Below, in pieces: positions 53,061 through 64,000 of a stretch of DNA of 64,000 nt. Below the pieces are notes generated by a model, which did no database searches, was not told where the DNA came from, and worked only from the letters and a program-made list of their open reading frames with translations. Within the stretch, counting starts at the first letter, position 1. Every line of letters begins with the position of its first letter. The stretch covers positions 11,408,001-11,472,000 of the forward strand of contig OZ234494.1 of the NCBI GenBank assembly GCA_965153455.1, read 5' to 3'. The DNA is from Sphagnum compactum. Its lineage: Eukaryota. Position numbers and translations under genes: made by a program.

Positions 53061-53442
53061 TTCATGTCTCTACACCTACCAACATGGGCAATCTCATCTG
53101 ATGTCTTGCTGGGATGTTAGAAGGATTCAAAGGATACAGCAAAGTACAATTCAATGGATCTCTATGAAAATCCAGAAACCACTGAGAGTAAGGTCTTCAA
53201 ATATTTCCTTGTGAGATCAACAAAAACTGTCTCAGGGAACTATACATTGCTGTATCTCAAGGTTTCTGGTCTCCTTGAATATGATGCCATCATCACAGCA
53301 TTGACTCTTTGCTCCCACTGAACAGTATCCCACAAACTCCTATGTAGTGTATGATGCTCTGCTGTCCATTGACATCTATGTAAAACTCTTTGAAAGCAAA
53401 TTTTTTAAAGAAATGCAGATGCAATTTGTGCTAGCTTTGCTC

Positions 53443-55770
53443 TCAGGCCACATCCATGCTCTGAGCATTTTTCTTTCGTGTCTTGTTCTTGGCACCAGGT
53501 TTCTGATTAGACATCTGCTTTGTGTTTGGTTGCAGAGGAGGAGGTGGGGAGGGAAGAGTGTTGGAAAGATGCTGTTGAATGGCAGCAAAGGGATTGGACT
53601 TGAACTGAGGATGTGCCAGAACTGCTGCCAGTTGCTTTGTCTCCTGTACACTGCAAAAACAAAACCAAGAATTTAAGGCTGAGAATCTACAAGAGAGTTG
53701 ATGGAATGAAATGGTGCTCATAGTTGCTACCGTCTGGTATGGCCATCAAACTGCAGCAGCTGAGCTAACTGAGCAAAAAGATCATGCAAAAGCACTCTCT
53801 ACCAAGGGACCCCACACCATTATAAAAGTATGCAGACAGCAGATATGTCAGTCTCACAAATTCTATCATCAACAACTCATGTGGGTAGCTTGTAGAAATT
53901 GTAAGTGGTCAGAAAGAGCATCATCATTAACACTTTGAGTCAACTGAACAGCCACCCATGCAAACTAGTTCCATTTGTCTTCATTGGATTCTGACCTAGT
54001 CTTGGATTATCAAGAAGATACATTAGAAAGTGATGTATATCAGGCAATGGCAGTTACACTATCTTTTGTCGAGCTTTGCTTCGCAAAATTTTTGTTGTTG
54101 GCTTCGCCTCTGCAGCAGCTGTTGGAATGTAGATGGAGGGTAGAAACTCAGCCAATGAAGAGAGGTCATTGAGTGTTTTTCCAGCTGCAGTCTGACTTCT
54201 GCGCCTTTTCTGGAGAACCCCAAGCACATCAAGTCTACCCAAAGTAAATACACTTTTTTATCATAGCTCTTCAGATATGCACATATTGCATTCTCCAGAG
54301 TGGAAGCGGTTGACATCAGGAGGTTTGACAGTTTCTCAAAGAGAAGGGACAAGAACCCAGGTGACAATTGCTGCAAGCCATCAAAAAGTGCCAAATGCAA
54401 GCGACCCGATGCTGGGGACACAACACAACAGACACAATTGGGGAGAAGAAGACAATGATAAACCTTTGCTATTTTTTTGGTAGCAGACAGGACCCGTTGT
54501 GTTTCTTGCAACTCTGTACATGGTGGAAAGAGACGAAGTCAGTTGGAAACCAAAAGCAGTCCTGAGTAGACAAGCTTCCTGTGATGAGAAAGGAGCTTAG
54601 AAAAGCAACCCACAGGACCGGCAGAAACCAAAACCTTTGCTTCCAATTTCCTTGCATATGCTGTGGATGAGTGTGTCTTGCAGGTGGATAACAAAGCATC
54701 AGCCCTCAAAATGCAGCAGCAAGCAACCTTGTTTGCCAACTCAGTAAAAGACAGATGGTGCAGCCAACTAAAAAACCAACTAGACAGATGATTCAATGAT
54801 CCTATCAGCAGGATATAATTTCAAGGAGGATCCACTTGCAACAGCCTTGATACTACAGACCTTATCAAGCCTGACAACCAAAAAGCTTCCAGAGAGTTTC
54901 AAGGGTTTAAGAAATAAAACTTGAAAGAAACCGCAGCTGCTTTGCCATTTTCCTCTTCAGGCTTGCACGCTCGGTGGATATCAAATCCTTGCCATCCCAC
55001 TCACTGCAGCACTACAGAAGTGTTAGAGATCCCTCTCTGATGTTGGCAGCCTGTGCAGAGATGGACAGTTATGAGGAGTTTCATCAGGCTGCCACAAAAA
55101 ACATAGACAAAGGCGACAGTTGGAGAATTCTTGCAGATGACTATTGTTGCAAATCTTGCAGAGGATTTTGTTTTTGCTTCTAATGATCCTACTTCCAGCA
55201 AAGGACTTTGCACAGAAAGTGGGGACGCTGCTACAAAGGATACTCACCTGCCTGTATCTGCAGCCATGATGGAGTCTTCATCTTCCTGCCAATTTTGTAA
55301 GCTCCCAAAAGGGTTCAGAAAGCCAGCACAAAGTCCATCACCATGGGAAAGTCAAGAAGACAACTCCAAACTCCAAACTACCTACACTTTGTTTGACAGC
55401 CAACAAGCAAACAAGCAAGCAAGCAAGCACCTTCTCTTCTACAGACAAAACACAAGTGCCATGAGCGAGAATGCACAATAATGCAAACAAAGTTGTTTCT
55501 GTTGTAAACCTTGTTTCTGGCCTTCTTCCCCTCCTGCTTCTTGGAAGCCTTCTCCCGCACCTTCTGACGCGATGTCTTCTTCTTCACCTGCACTTCCCCC
55601 ACACACAACCTCAACGAGCAACTTAAGCAACCTACCAAAACTGCAGGAAGAATAGAGGAGCCGGACGAACACAACACTCCAAATCCTTGCAGAATAGAAA
55701 ACTCCAAAGCACCACGACGATGACACTCCTTCCAGCAGCAGAAGCTCAGAAACACAACAAACTTTACCAT
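53443..55770 (-). CDS. Slx9/FAM207A-like ribosome biogenesis protein (about 203 aa)
   Basis: Exons 55770-55768 (ATG only), 55587-55510, 55285-55248, 55003-54921, 54513-54464, 54209-54058 and 53650-53443 join in frame. They give ...RKMAKQLRFLSKLQETQ...DLSSLAEFLP...KARQKIVVQETKQLAAVLAHPQFKSNPFAAIQQHLSNT, matching the Slx9 C-terminal VL.HP.F..NP..AI..HL motif. The exon 4 donor is weak. Confidence 0.8.
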
Positions 55771-56333
55771 GTTGGAGGTCGAGTTTGCAGGCCCCGAGAA
55801 TTTTCAGCTTTTTTTTCTTAAAAAGTAGTAACCAAAGGCGAGCAGATGACAGAGATCATCACGCCATCGCCAAGTCGCTTCGAGACCCTCCTTCACACCG
55901 AAGAAGAAGAAAAGAAGAAGAAGAAGATCAGTGTCTCTCTCAAAGCTCAAAACCCTAAACCTAATTCTCGTGCACGATGAGATGTCGATGCGCTTGAGTG
56001 GAGTAGCCCAATTGTAGTTCCATCAGCAGCGTTGTTGCGGGATTCACGATTCACGACCGCCCTAGATCTGGGCCCCAGTGAATCCTGTGTGTAGGGAAGG
56101 AGTGGCAACTGGAGGAGCTACGTGCCACGAGAATCGGCGTCGCACGAGAATAACAGCGTCGAAGGACGGAGGAGGAGCTTGACGTTTTCTCTGCGGGGTT
56201 TTGCACTTCGGTTGTTGGTGCTTTTGGTCCACTGTGCGGTGGTGGTGGTGCAATTGCTGCTTTGCGAGCAAGAGTTGTTGTTGTTGTTGTTGTTGTGGTG
56301 GTGGTGCGAGTGACGGTGTTGTGAGAAGAGGGG
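55771..56333. promoter_or_regulatory. Compact bidirectional promoter and 5' UTRs with a telo-box
   Basis: Head-to-head start codons about 560 bp apart. AAACCCTAAACCTAA at about 55951-55965, GAA/CT tracts, CpG-rich. Confidence 0.6.
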
Positions 56334-58789
56334 ATGATGTCGAGGGACGAGATGCGGCATGCGTTTGCGGGCAATCCAATCATCCCAGGAAAGCGCGATA
56401 AGCTTGCGACAGAAGCGTTGCCGTCGCTCCTGCACGTACCCCAAGAGATGGAGCGGGTGAAGGTTTTGCCGTTGTGTGACGGTAAGCCTCTGGTGGCGGC
56501 TTCTTCTTCTTCCTCCATATCTTCTCCGTCATGTGATGGACCTGCTGCTGCATGTGTATGGCGGCTAGCTTGGCAAGCGCTGGAAGATTTCGGTGAAAGG
56601 ATTCCGCTCTCTGTCACTTCTTCTTCTTCCACCGGCGAGAACCCTCCTCAGATGTATGATCAGCTGGTGTATCTGGGGGAGAAAGAGCGAGTGGCGTACT
56701 TTGCTATAGACGTGCCGGCTTGTCCTGCGCCGAACGTTGAGGGAAGAAGACCTGGAGTCGATGGAAAGCAGCTCAGGAGCTTGTCATCTATGTTTGCCTC
56801 GCCTTCTGACGACGAGAGAGTCGCGTTCGTGGATGTCAGGACGCTCATGCAAGCAGCGAATTGGTCAGATGAAGAGGCCATGTCAGAGCTCTCCATAGCC
56901 GGCCATGTGTGTGAGCACCCTCCCACATCATCTCGGTCCCTTCTCTTGCTCTTTCTAGCTTCTTCAATACAGGGATGCATGCATGCAGAATCAAGTTACA
57001 CTTGCTGAGAAATACCTAGCAGCAAGCAAGAATGAGGCGAAGAGTTTTATTCTTTTTCAGGAGATTAGTGTGATCCAGGGATGCATGCAAAAGGAAAATC
57101 ATGTTCATGTTTCTGACTGAGAGAGACACACCTAGCTGCAGGCAGCAAGAATGAGGGCCAAGAGTTTTGCAAGAATTTTTTCCTTCTTCAGGAGATAGTG
57201 ATGATGATGGAGGTGGTGGTTCTTCTTCTCTGTTTGGTTCTTTGATGGCGGCAGGCCAGGGTTATGCTTGGGTGGCATAAGGAGGCGCTGTATTGTGGAC
57301 GATGTGGTAGTAAGACTTTGTCTTATTTGTCTGGGCAGCGGCGAATGTGTTCAAAGTGTAACAACAAGGTGTACCCACGAATAGATCCTGTGAGAATTCT
57401 TTCTCTCTCTCAACAAGGGCAGTTCTTTCTTCTTGCTGCTGCATGCATGCTAGTGTTTGGATTTGAGATGGAGTGGAACTCTAGTTGTAAAGGTTTGTTT
57501 GTTAGCTTGGTTTTTTTGCATCATGTGTCAGTCGGTCTCTGGAGAAGAAAGTGTTCGAACTCCAACATGTATTGATGTGAGGGGAGGCAGGTCTGCAGGT
57601 GGTTATAATGCTGGTGATTGACAAGGAGCGGGACTGTGTCATTTTGGGCCGACAATCACGCTTTGTGCCACGAATGTGGAGCTGTCTAGCAGGCTTCATG
57701 GAGGTTGGTCTGTCATCCCTGCTGGCGCCTTTGCCATTTCATTTGATCCTTTTCCCCGATGTTTTAGGATTTTCCATTGTATCCTTAAGGATTTGTTTTC
57801 TCAATCCAATCCTGTAGCTTTCTGCGTCTGGGTGCCATGGAGGGAATACAACAATCTGTAAAGTTTTCCCACAAAATCCACTCTGTGGTGTAAATCTGGG
57901 TTAAAGAACAATTGGAAATCTTGTGCTGTTTATGTTTGAAATCTCAGCCCGGGGAGAGCTTGGAGGAGGCAGTTCGGCGCGAAACCAGAGAGGAAGTGGG
58001 TATTGAACTTGGTGACATTGTGTACCACAGCTCTCAACCTTGGCCTGGTAAGTGTTCACCTTTCCTGTGACTTAATATGAACAAACCATTTAGCTTTTAC
58101 TTCCAAGGTCCAAATTTTTTCTCCTGGGTGGAGAAGAGTTTGTTCAAGTTGGACATGACTTCTGGTGTGCCTGTCATTTCCTGTGACGTGTTGGGTCCTT
58201 TGATAGATGGGTAGTTTTTATGCATTGTAGAGATTGCCTGTCAGTGTCAATGTTTCTACATTTGATGGTTGATTTGTTCATTTATCACCTTGATTCTGCA
58301 GTTGGCCCCAGCAGCATGCCGTGTAACTTGATGGTTGGATTCTTTGCATTTGCCACAAGTTTTGACATTCATGTTGACCATAAGGAGCTTGAAGGTATGA
58401 GACATTTGGCTCCCACTTTTCCAAACCCACTTTTTGAAACTGCCTTGAAGTGTACATGGGATTGGATTGTAGTGAGTTGCTATGAAACTGCAGGGATATT
58501 TGTGTGGGACTGATGTGTATTTGTTGTCTTGACAGATGCACAATGGCATTCCCGTGAACAAGTGCAGAGGTATCTGAGATCTAGTGATTATGAAAAGGGC
58601 ACACTGGATGCAGCTTCAAAAATACGATATACTTGTTTTGGAGATGAAAGAGTTGAGGCCCCAAAAGGGCCAATAGAAGAGAAAACTGAATTGAGCACAC
58701 CTTTTGTGCCTGGACCCTATGCAATTGCCCACCATTTGATTGCCACATGGGCCAACAAGGGTGCAGCACATCTCATTTCTAAGGTCTAG
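56334..58789 (+). CDS. NUDT19: Nudix NAD(P)H pyrophosphatase, NUDT19/NudC/NUDT12-like (about 419 aa)
   Basis: Exons 56334-56906, 57255-57389, 57599-57703, 57948-58047, 58302-58394 and 58536-58789. Motifs: HAFAGNP, Zn ribbon YCGRCG...CSKC..VYPRIDP, Nudix box GFMEPGESLEEAVRRETREEVG, SQPWP and PGPYAIAHHLI. C-terminus is SKV. Confidence 0.92.
56970..57195. repeat. Imperfect tandem duplication of about 107 bp in NUDT19 intron 1
   Basis: CAGGGATGCATGCA...CCTAGC...GCAAGAATGAGG...AAGAGTTTT...TTCAGGAGAT occurs twice. Confidence 0.7.
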
Positions 58790-59552
58790 GCATTCAAGCT
58801 TTCAAAGATCATTGCTCCCTGCAAGCTACTGTGTGGTGCTATTTATGTTAAGCCACATTACTAATAAGAAGCTTCATACAGATGGCAAAGATATTGTTGT
58901 AAGTGGTAACAGTGGGTGCAAAACACCTGTTGAATTTCCATAGCAATTTGAACAACTGGTAAATCTTACCAGTTGCCATGTTCTGGTTCAGAGTACTGAT
59001 GATTACTGTGGTGTTTGTGTAGAGATGCTTGATGTCAGCGGTGGATCTCCGAATTTAAACTTTAAAGGTCCCATACAGATTATGATCCTGCTAAAAACTG
59101 TTGGGTGTTCTGCTGGAGGACTTGTCATTACATGGGCTCAATATCCCACAAGGAGATGCAGTTATGCATTACAGCTCCATATCTGTTTTAGGTTTCCTTA
59201 CTCCCTTTTTATTTTAGTTTTGCCTGATCACCTCTTTTACTCCTAGCTTAAGAGAGGAGTCTCACAAGTTTCCAAAACAAAATGGGAACAGTTTTTCCAA
59301 ACCTCCTGGTTGTTTTGAACTCCAGGTTTATTTGTTTTTTCTCAATCTCTCAATAGAATTTTGTCAAAGAATTTACTGGAGTAGCTGTTCTAGATGGGGG
59401 ATGTCAATGCACTAGTTCTTTGCAGTTCTCCAGTGTCTACAGAACCTGAATTTAGGTCTTGTAAAGACTTGTTGCTGACAAAACAGGAAGAAACACAACC
59501 AAATTGATGACCCATGATACATCTTCAACGGGGCAGATTTAATGAGTGGTGA

Positions 59553-62500
59553 TCATCGAACATGAGCTCTGTCTGCACTGTCACAGATGAAAACTGCAGT
59601 GGCATTGTTAAGTTGCTTAGCAAGATCAGGTTGAGCTTTCTTGTAGGACTCCTGCACATACTCAGCAGCTTCTTCAGCATGTGCTGCAGCAACCAATGCA
59701 ACACAACAGCCACGAAACCCAGCACCACTAAACCGTGCCCCAAAAACACCTGGTGCTTGCACTAAAATCTCCCAAAGCTGCACCAATGGCTCACAGCCTG
59801 CAAACAGGTGGAACACTGAAATTCTTTGAAAAATTCTCATGAATATGTACAGCCTTTTTTTGCACATATTGATAAGAAATTGCAGAAATATGACATTTAG
59901 GATAAAATCCAGAAGTAGGTATGCAACATGATAAACACAAGAAAGAAACACTCACCACATTCATAATTGTGTATGGAACTAAGGCCTGATTGAGACATGA
60001 GCTTTCCAAAAGCCTCCAAGTTCCCTGAAGACCAGGCATCAATACCTGTGCCAACCGGCCTCCATCCCATTGACATCTGATTCTTGTTTTCTGAAGAGTT
60101 GAGAAGACTTTATGTATGGTGCAATATGCAAGCAAAAAAGACAGACAGAGTTTTGTGTACCTGCACAAACTCGAGCACTTTCTGTGAAGAAGTGCTTAGC
60201 CCTCTTGGCAAGATCTCCATGTAGCAATCCCTGTCTCACAATAATTTCAAAGGATTGCATCAAAACCTCAAACAATGCAGGCAAATAGTTAGGGTTTAGG
60301 GTATAGCGCACAATTCAAAGATCTCATGACATAGTACAACAACCCACAAAAACCTATGTAAAGAGAACAAATCAACCTATCAAATATGAAATACCAAAGT
60401 GTTCCATCATGCAATCCTACAGTTTGTTTAGACAGGACAAGTGAAGCACCTGATGGGTTGTATACTCCTCTATAGTCACTGTCAGGAAAAACAACCAGAG
60501 AAAAGATCCTTCAGAAAATCTATAATCACCTGCTGCTGCTCTGAAATCCACAATTGGAATTCTACACAATTTTAATTTGATGCAAAAATCATATTCCTCT
60601 GCAACATTTGAAGCAGCAGGTTTATGCCCTAAACCCCCACCTTTACCCAGCAATGATTCACCAGATTCTTTTCCTGCAGCCCTGCAAAAAGAAGGCACAC
60701 AAAGAATGCACTGTTGTTAGTGTTCAATATGCATGATGGGTTGGGTTGCCAACAACATCTAGCACAGAGATACTGATAATCTATGAGAATTTTTGAAGCA
60801 GCTGTGGACATCATCTAATCAGATTTTTTACAAAGAATTTTGCTCAATAAAAGTGTGTTAGTTTTTCTTTACCGAAGCAGGATTCTGGCAGCCTCTTGAC
60901 ATTCGGCAACTCGCAAGTTGTATCCTGGTTTGCTCGACAAAGCGTGCTGCAAGCCAGAGAAAGCTAAAAGTATCTTGTAATGTTCTTCTGTTCTGTCATA
61001 CCAGGGAGGATAAACCAACTCGTGCTTTCGAGACTGTCACCCCATCATCACATATTTGCCTGACTCAATACCCCATGGAGATCCATAGCTTGTTTTGGCT
61101 GACAAACAAAAAAGTTCACTCTTCATTGCTTTTTGTGTAGTTTGCCTTCCACTTTCATATATCAGAAACCCAGAACATCAGACATGGTAGAGAATCTATG
61201 AACCCAAAGCTCTAAGGTTTGAACAGACAATGGACACCCTTTGAGATTTATGTTTATACATATAATCAGGGTCTGGCAATTATATCCATCTTTTGTATAA
61301 GGAGAAGAAGGTAGTGTCTCCAGAAGTACAGAACAGAGGAAAAACCGAGCAATGAATGGCAGTGAGGCAGTTGCGTTTTGAAAGTAAGATTGCTGATTGG
61401 TCAAGCACTCCATTGCAAAGACCCAAGTACCCGTTTTCAATCAGCCTGTCAATAACGCTTGCATGAAAACAACCACACATAATGAGAACAGAGTTTGGAA
61501 ACAATACCCCTGTCCCCAATTCTTCCCCATCTCATGAAGTTGCAGATAAGAGTGGATGGCTTGCAGATCTGGTATAAGAAGAAGATGGTAATCATGCAGA
61601 CTAGTCACATTTCAAACTACAGACTGATCACCACGTTATATTCCTGGCTAATTGGATGAGGCAGAGATAACTGTTGCACCAGTCAAGCTCAATATTCTCT
61701 TCTGGGGAGATGACAAGTCCATTTGCATGCTCGAGCGCCAGGAGAAATGCAACTCCAACCTGCACAACCATTCAGAAAAAAACACCAGTGAATAAAATGA
61801 AAATTGTGCACCAAAAATGGAGAAGGAATTGAGGAGAACTGATGCTGATCTTTTTTCTTTACTTGACAGAAAAGGGTCATAAGAGTTTTTCTTACAGCAG
61901 CTGAGGAGCTAACTCCACATCCTTCAAACCCTTTTGAGCCTTCCAAGAATCCTACAATGCCCTGCTTGAGGAAACACATTGTTAGCGATCCTACAAGTAA
62001 GGATAACAAAGTCAAAAGATTAGTCCCCAAGCAAATGAAACAGAAAACATTTTTGTGTTCATCTGCCTGTAAAAAAATTTCATATCCATGTTGTTATGAA
62101 CTGACCCAGAGAAAGATCTTCAAACCTGTGTGAGATTATAGCCTCTTTTCTGAAGAGCAAGAACAGCCCCACGAGCATAATTCCCCCATGCACCTTCCTC
62201 ATAACTTTCTGCATTCTTGTTTTTGCTGTTATCACTGAACTTTCTCGGAGGCACATTATCAATGCTGCAGCAAAAATAGAGATCACTGCAGGTTGCTGTT
62301 GTGTGAAACAAAGAAATCCAATACCTAAGTTTCATCAGAAAATCAATCAAACACTCATAACTGAAGAAAGGTTCTGCGGCAGTCATCTCTATTGCTCTCA
62401 CAAGCTGCCTCGAAGACAGTTCCAAGGAGAGAGCTATTCTGTCAGTACCTGAACAGAACTTCGCCTGCAAATTGGCCTGATAGCAGCCGCATCTGCAACC

Positions 62501-63813
62501 ACCATCAGCAAAATAATAAAAAATCCAGCAATAAGCACATGAAAATAAACACATCCTACGAAGTTCTCCCACAAGTCCCAACACTGTGAAAGTGGATACA
62601 TGGGTCCTCTGGGTCATGATTCTCTCAGGTTGCAGGCTATAATGAGTTGAGCTGCATTATTACCTTGAGATTGCCAGAAGAGACAAACCCAAGAAGTACT
62701 CCTTGACTGATGGCCATGGCTGACACTGACCCACCCTGCAAATGCCATACACATATCTCTCTCTTCATGAGTACACAGAACCTTTGCCATACTTACAATG
62801 TCAGGGACTTCAGATCTGACAAACTGGAAGAAGAAGAAGATGATGAAGAAAAAGAAACCCCACCCTTAAAGAAGAGAGAAAAACCTAAAAAGCTAAATCA
62901 AAAACTGAGATACACTGCCAAGAATGCATCATTCTTGCTGTCTTGAAGTTGTCCATCCCAAATGCTTGAAAAGGTAGTGATTCTGCAAACAATATCTGAG
63001 GATGCCAATGAGGTGGGGGAGTTTTATCATCTCGGAAGTTCAGCTCTGCCTTCATTTTGTGAACTTGGAGAGAGCTTGCAAAAATCACCTGATGATCAAT
63101 ATGGGCTCCCAGAGGACAAATCCGATACGGTGACACTACCACCCTTACATCTTCACTCTGTGATGATTCCACCACCATACTCACAACTTTCTCTTTCACT
63201 TTCCTAATCTGCAAAACCCCGAAAAAAATCCTCACAATCTCTTGTTGTAGCAATTCCATCCCAACCAGAGAATTTCTGCAACAAACAGCTGAGAGACATG
63301 TTTGAACAAAAAATTACTGCAATAACAGATGAGAGAAATGCTTGAACAAAGAATTTCTGCAACAAATGCTTGAACAAAGACTTTCTGCACCAACCAACAG
63401 ACAAGAGGCATGTTTGAAGCCCTGCAACAACAACAGATGAGAGACACATGTCCAAACAAAGAAAATCTGCAAAAGATCGAGGGAGACATGTCAGAACAAA
63501 AAATTTCTGCAACAGACAAGACCCATGTTTGAACAAAGAATTTCTTCTGTAATAACAGATGATGATGAGACCCATGTTTGAACAAAGAATTTCTTCGGCG
63601 ACAACAGATGATGATGAGACCCATGTTTGAACAAAGAATTTCTTCGGCGACAAAAGATGATGATGAGACCCATGTTTGAACACAGAATTTCTGCAACAAC
63701 AACAGATGATGATGATGATGATGATGAGACAGAAAGATTTCTGCACACAACAGTTTTTGCCAGCCTACCAGAACACATGAAGGCCACAATGTGTTTGATG
63801 ATGCCAAAGCCAT
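59553..63813 (-). CDS. GALAK: Galacturonokinase (GHMP kinase family, about 433 aa)
   Basis: 14 exons: 63813-63769, 63208-63089, 62735-62664, 62492-62449, 62264-62126, 61961-61896, 61759-61680, 61445-61346, 61033-60873, 60681-60641, 60478-60450, 60230-60161, 60045-59956 and 59797-59553. Motifs: VVVSPYRICPLGAHIDHQGG, WGNYARGA, GVSSSAA, LIENGYLGL.NG.LDQSAILLS and GVFGARFSGAGFRGCC. Confidence 0.92.
63270..63750. repeat. 49-bp minisatellite filling GALAK intron 1
   Basis: CATGTTTGAACAAAGAATTTCTTCGGCGACAACAGATGATGATGAGACC at about 63524, 63573, 63622 and 63671, with older degenerate units to the left. Confidence 0.9.
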
Positions 63814-64000
63814 TGCTGCTGCTCTTCCGTAGCTCAAGTCTTGAGGAGCAGGAAGAAAAAAACACACCACCCGAAACCTCAAATCTGCACAAGAAGTGGA
63901 GGGATTCCTCGCAGACTCGGAAGAAGAAGAAGAAGAAGAAGAAAGAAATCACCCAAAGTGGCAGTTCCACAGCCTGTTATTTTCCACTTTCGCTTCTAGA

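Noticed and set aside
54861..54870. 10-nt micro-exon in the Slx9-like gene
   Set aside because: Extending exon 4 to 54921 gives the correct phase and an Slx9-like KQLRFLSK without it.
54210..55247. Intronic box C/D snoRNAs in the Slx9-like gene
   Set aside because: Only isolated TGATGA or CTGA words, without proper pairing, spacing or terminal stems.
56051..56632. 193-aa antisense ORF over NUDT19
   Set aside because: A by-product of GC-rich coding sequence and trinucleotide repeats, with no recognisable domain.
50815..63813. Four-gene cluster as an operon-like pathway
   Set aside because: Mixed orientations and unrelated functions (redox, ribosome biogenesis, NAD(P)H turnover, sugar salvage); ordinary gene-dense packing explains it.
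63204..63970. Long Cys/His-rich minus-strand ORFs
   Set aside because: They are read-throughs of the intronic minisatellite; only 63813-63769 and the start of exon 2 fit GALAK.

Overview
Eukaryotic, intron-rich land-plant DNA. It is most likely a moss, possibly Sphagnum-like; this is an inference from gene content and sequence style, not a database match. Six spliced protein-coding genes can be assembled by hand with GT-AG introns and continuous frames: (1) the 5' part of an AHK5/CKI2-like PAS histidine kinase (minus strand, runs off the left edge); (2) an ABI3/VP1-like B1-B2-B3 transcription factor (30194-35255, plus); and a compact cluster of (3) an OsmC/Ohr-superfamily protein with a transit-peptide-like N-terminus, (4) an Slx9-like ribosome biogenesis factor, (5) a NUDT19/NudC-type NAD(P)H pyrophosphatase ending in SKV, and (6) galacturonokinase. 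Two AT-rich transposon graveyards (about 3.5-29 kb and 36-50 kb) hold Helitron-like, pogo, hAT, CACTA, Ty3/Gypsy and Ty1/Copia-like remnants, MITEs, a solo LTR with a perfect 5-bp target-site duplication (TSD), and several minisatellites. The best leads are the bacterial-type OsmC gene, a dense ABRE/CE3 cluster plus overlapping uORFs in front of ABI3, an apparently peroxisome-only NUDT19, and an old Gypsy element split by about 6.5 kb of nested insertions. I recognised no tRNA, rRNA or CRISPR array, and I cannot claim a wholly new system from sequence alone.
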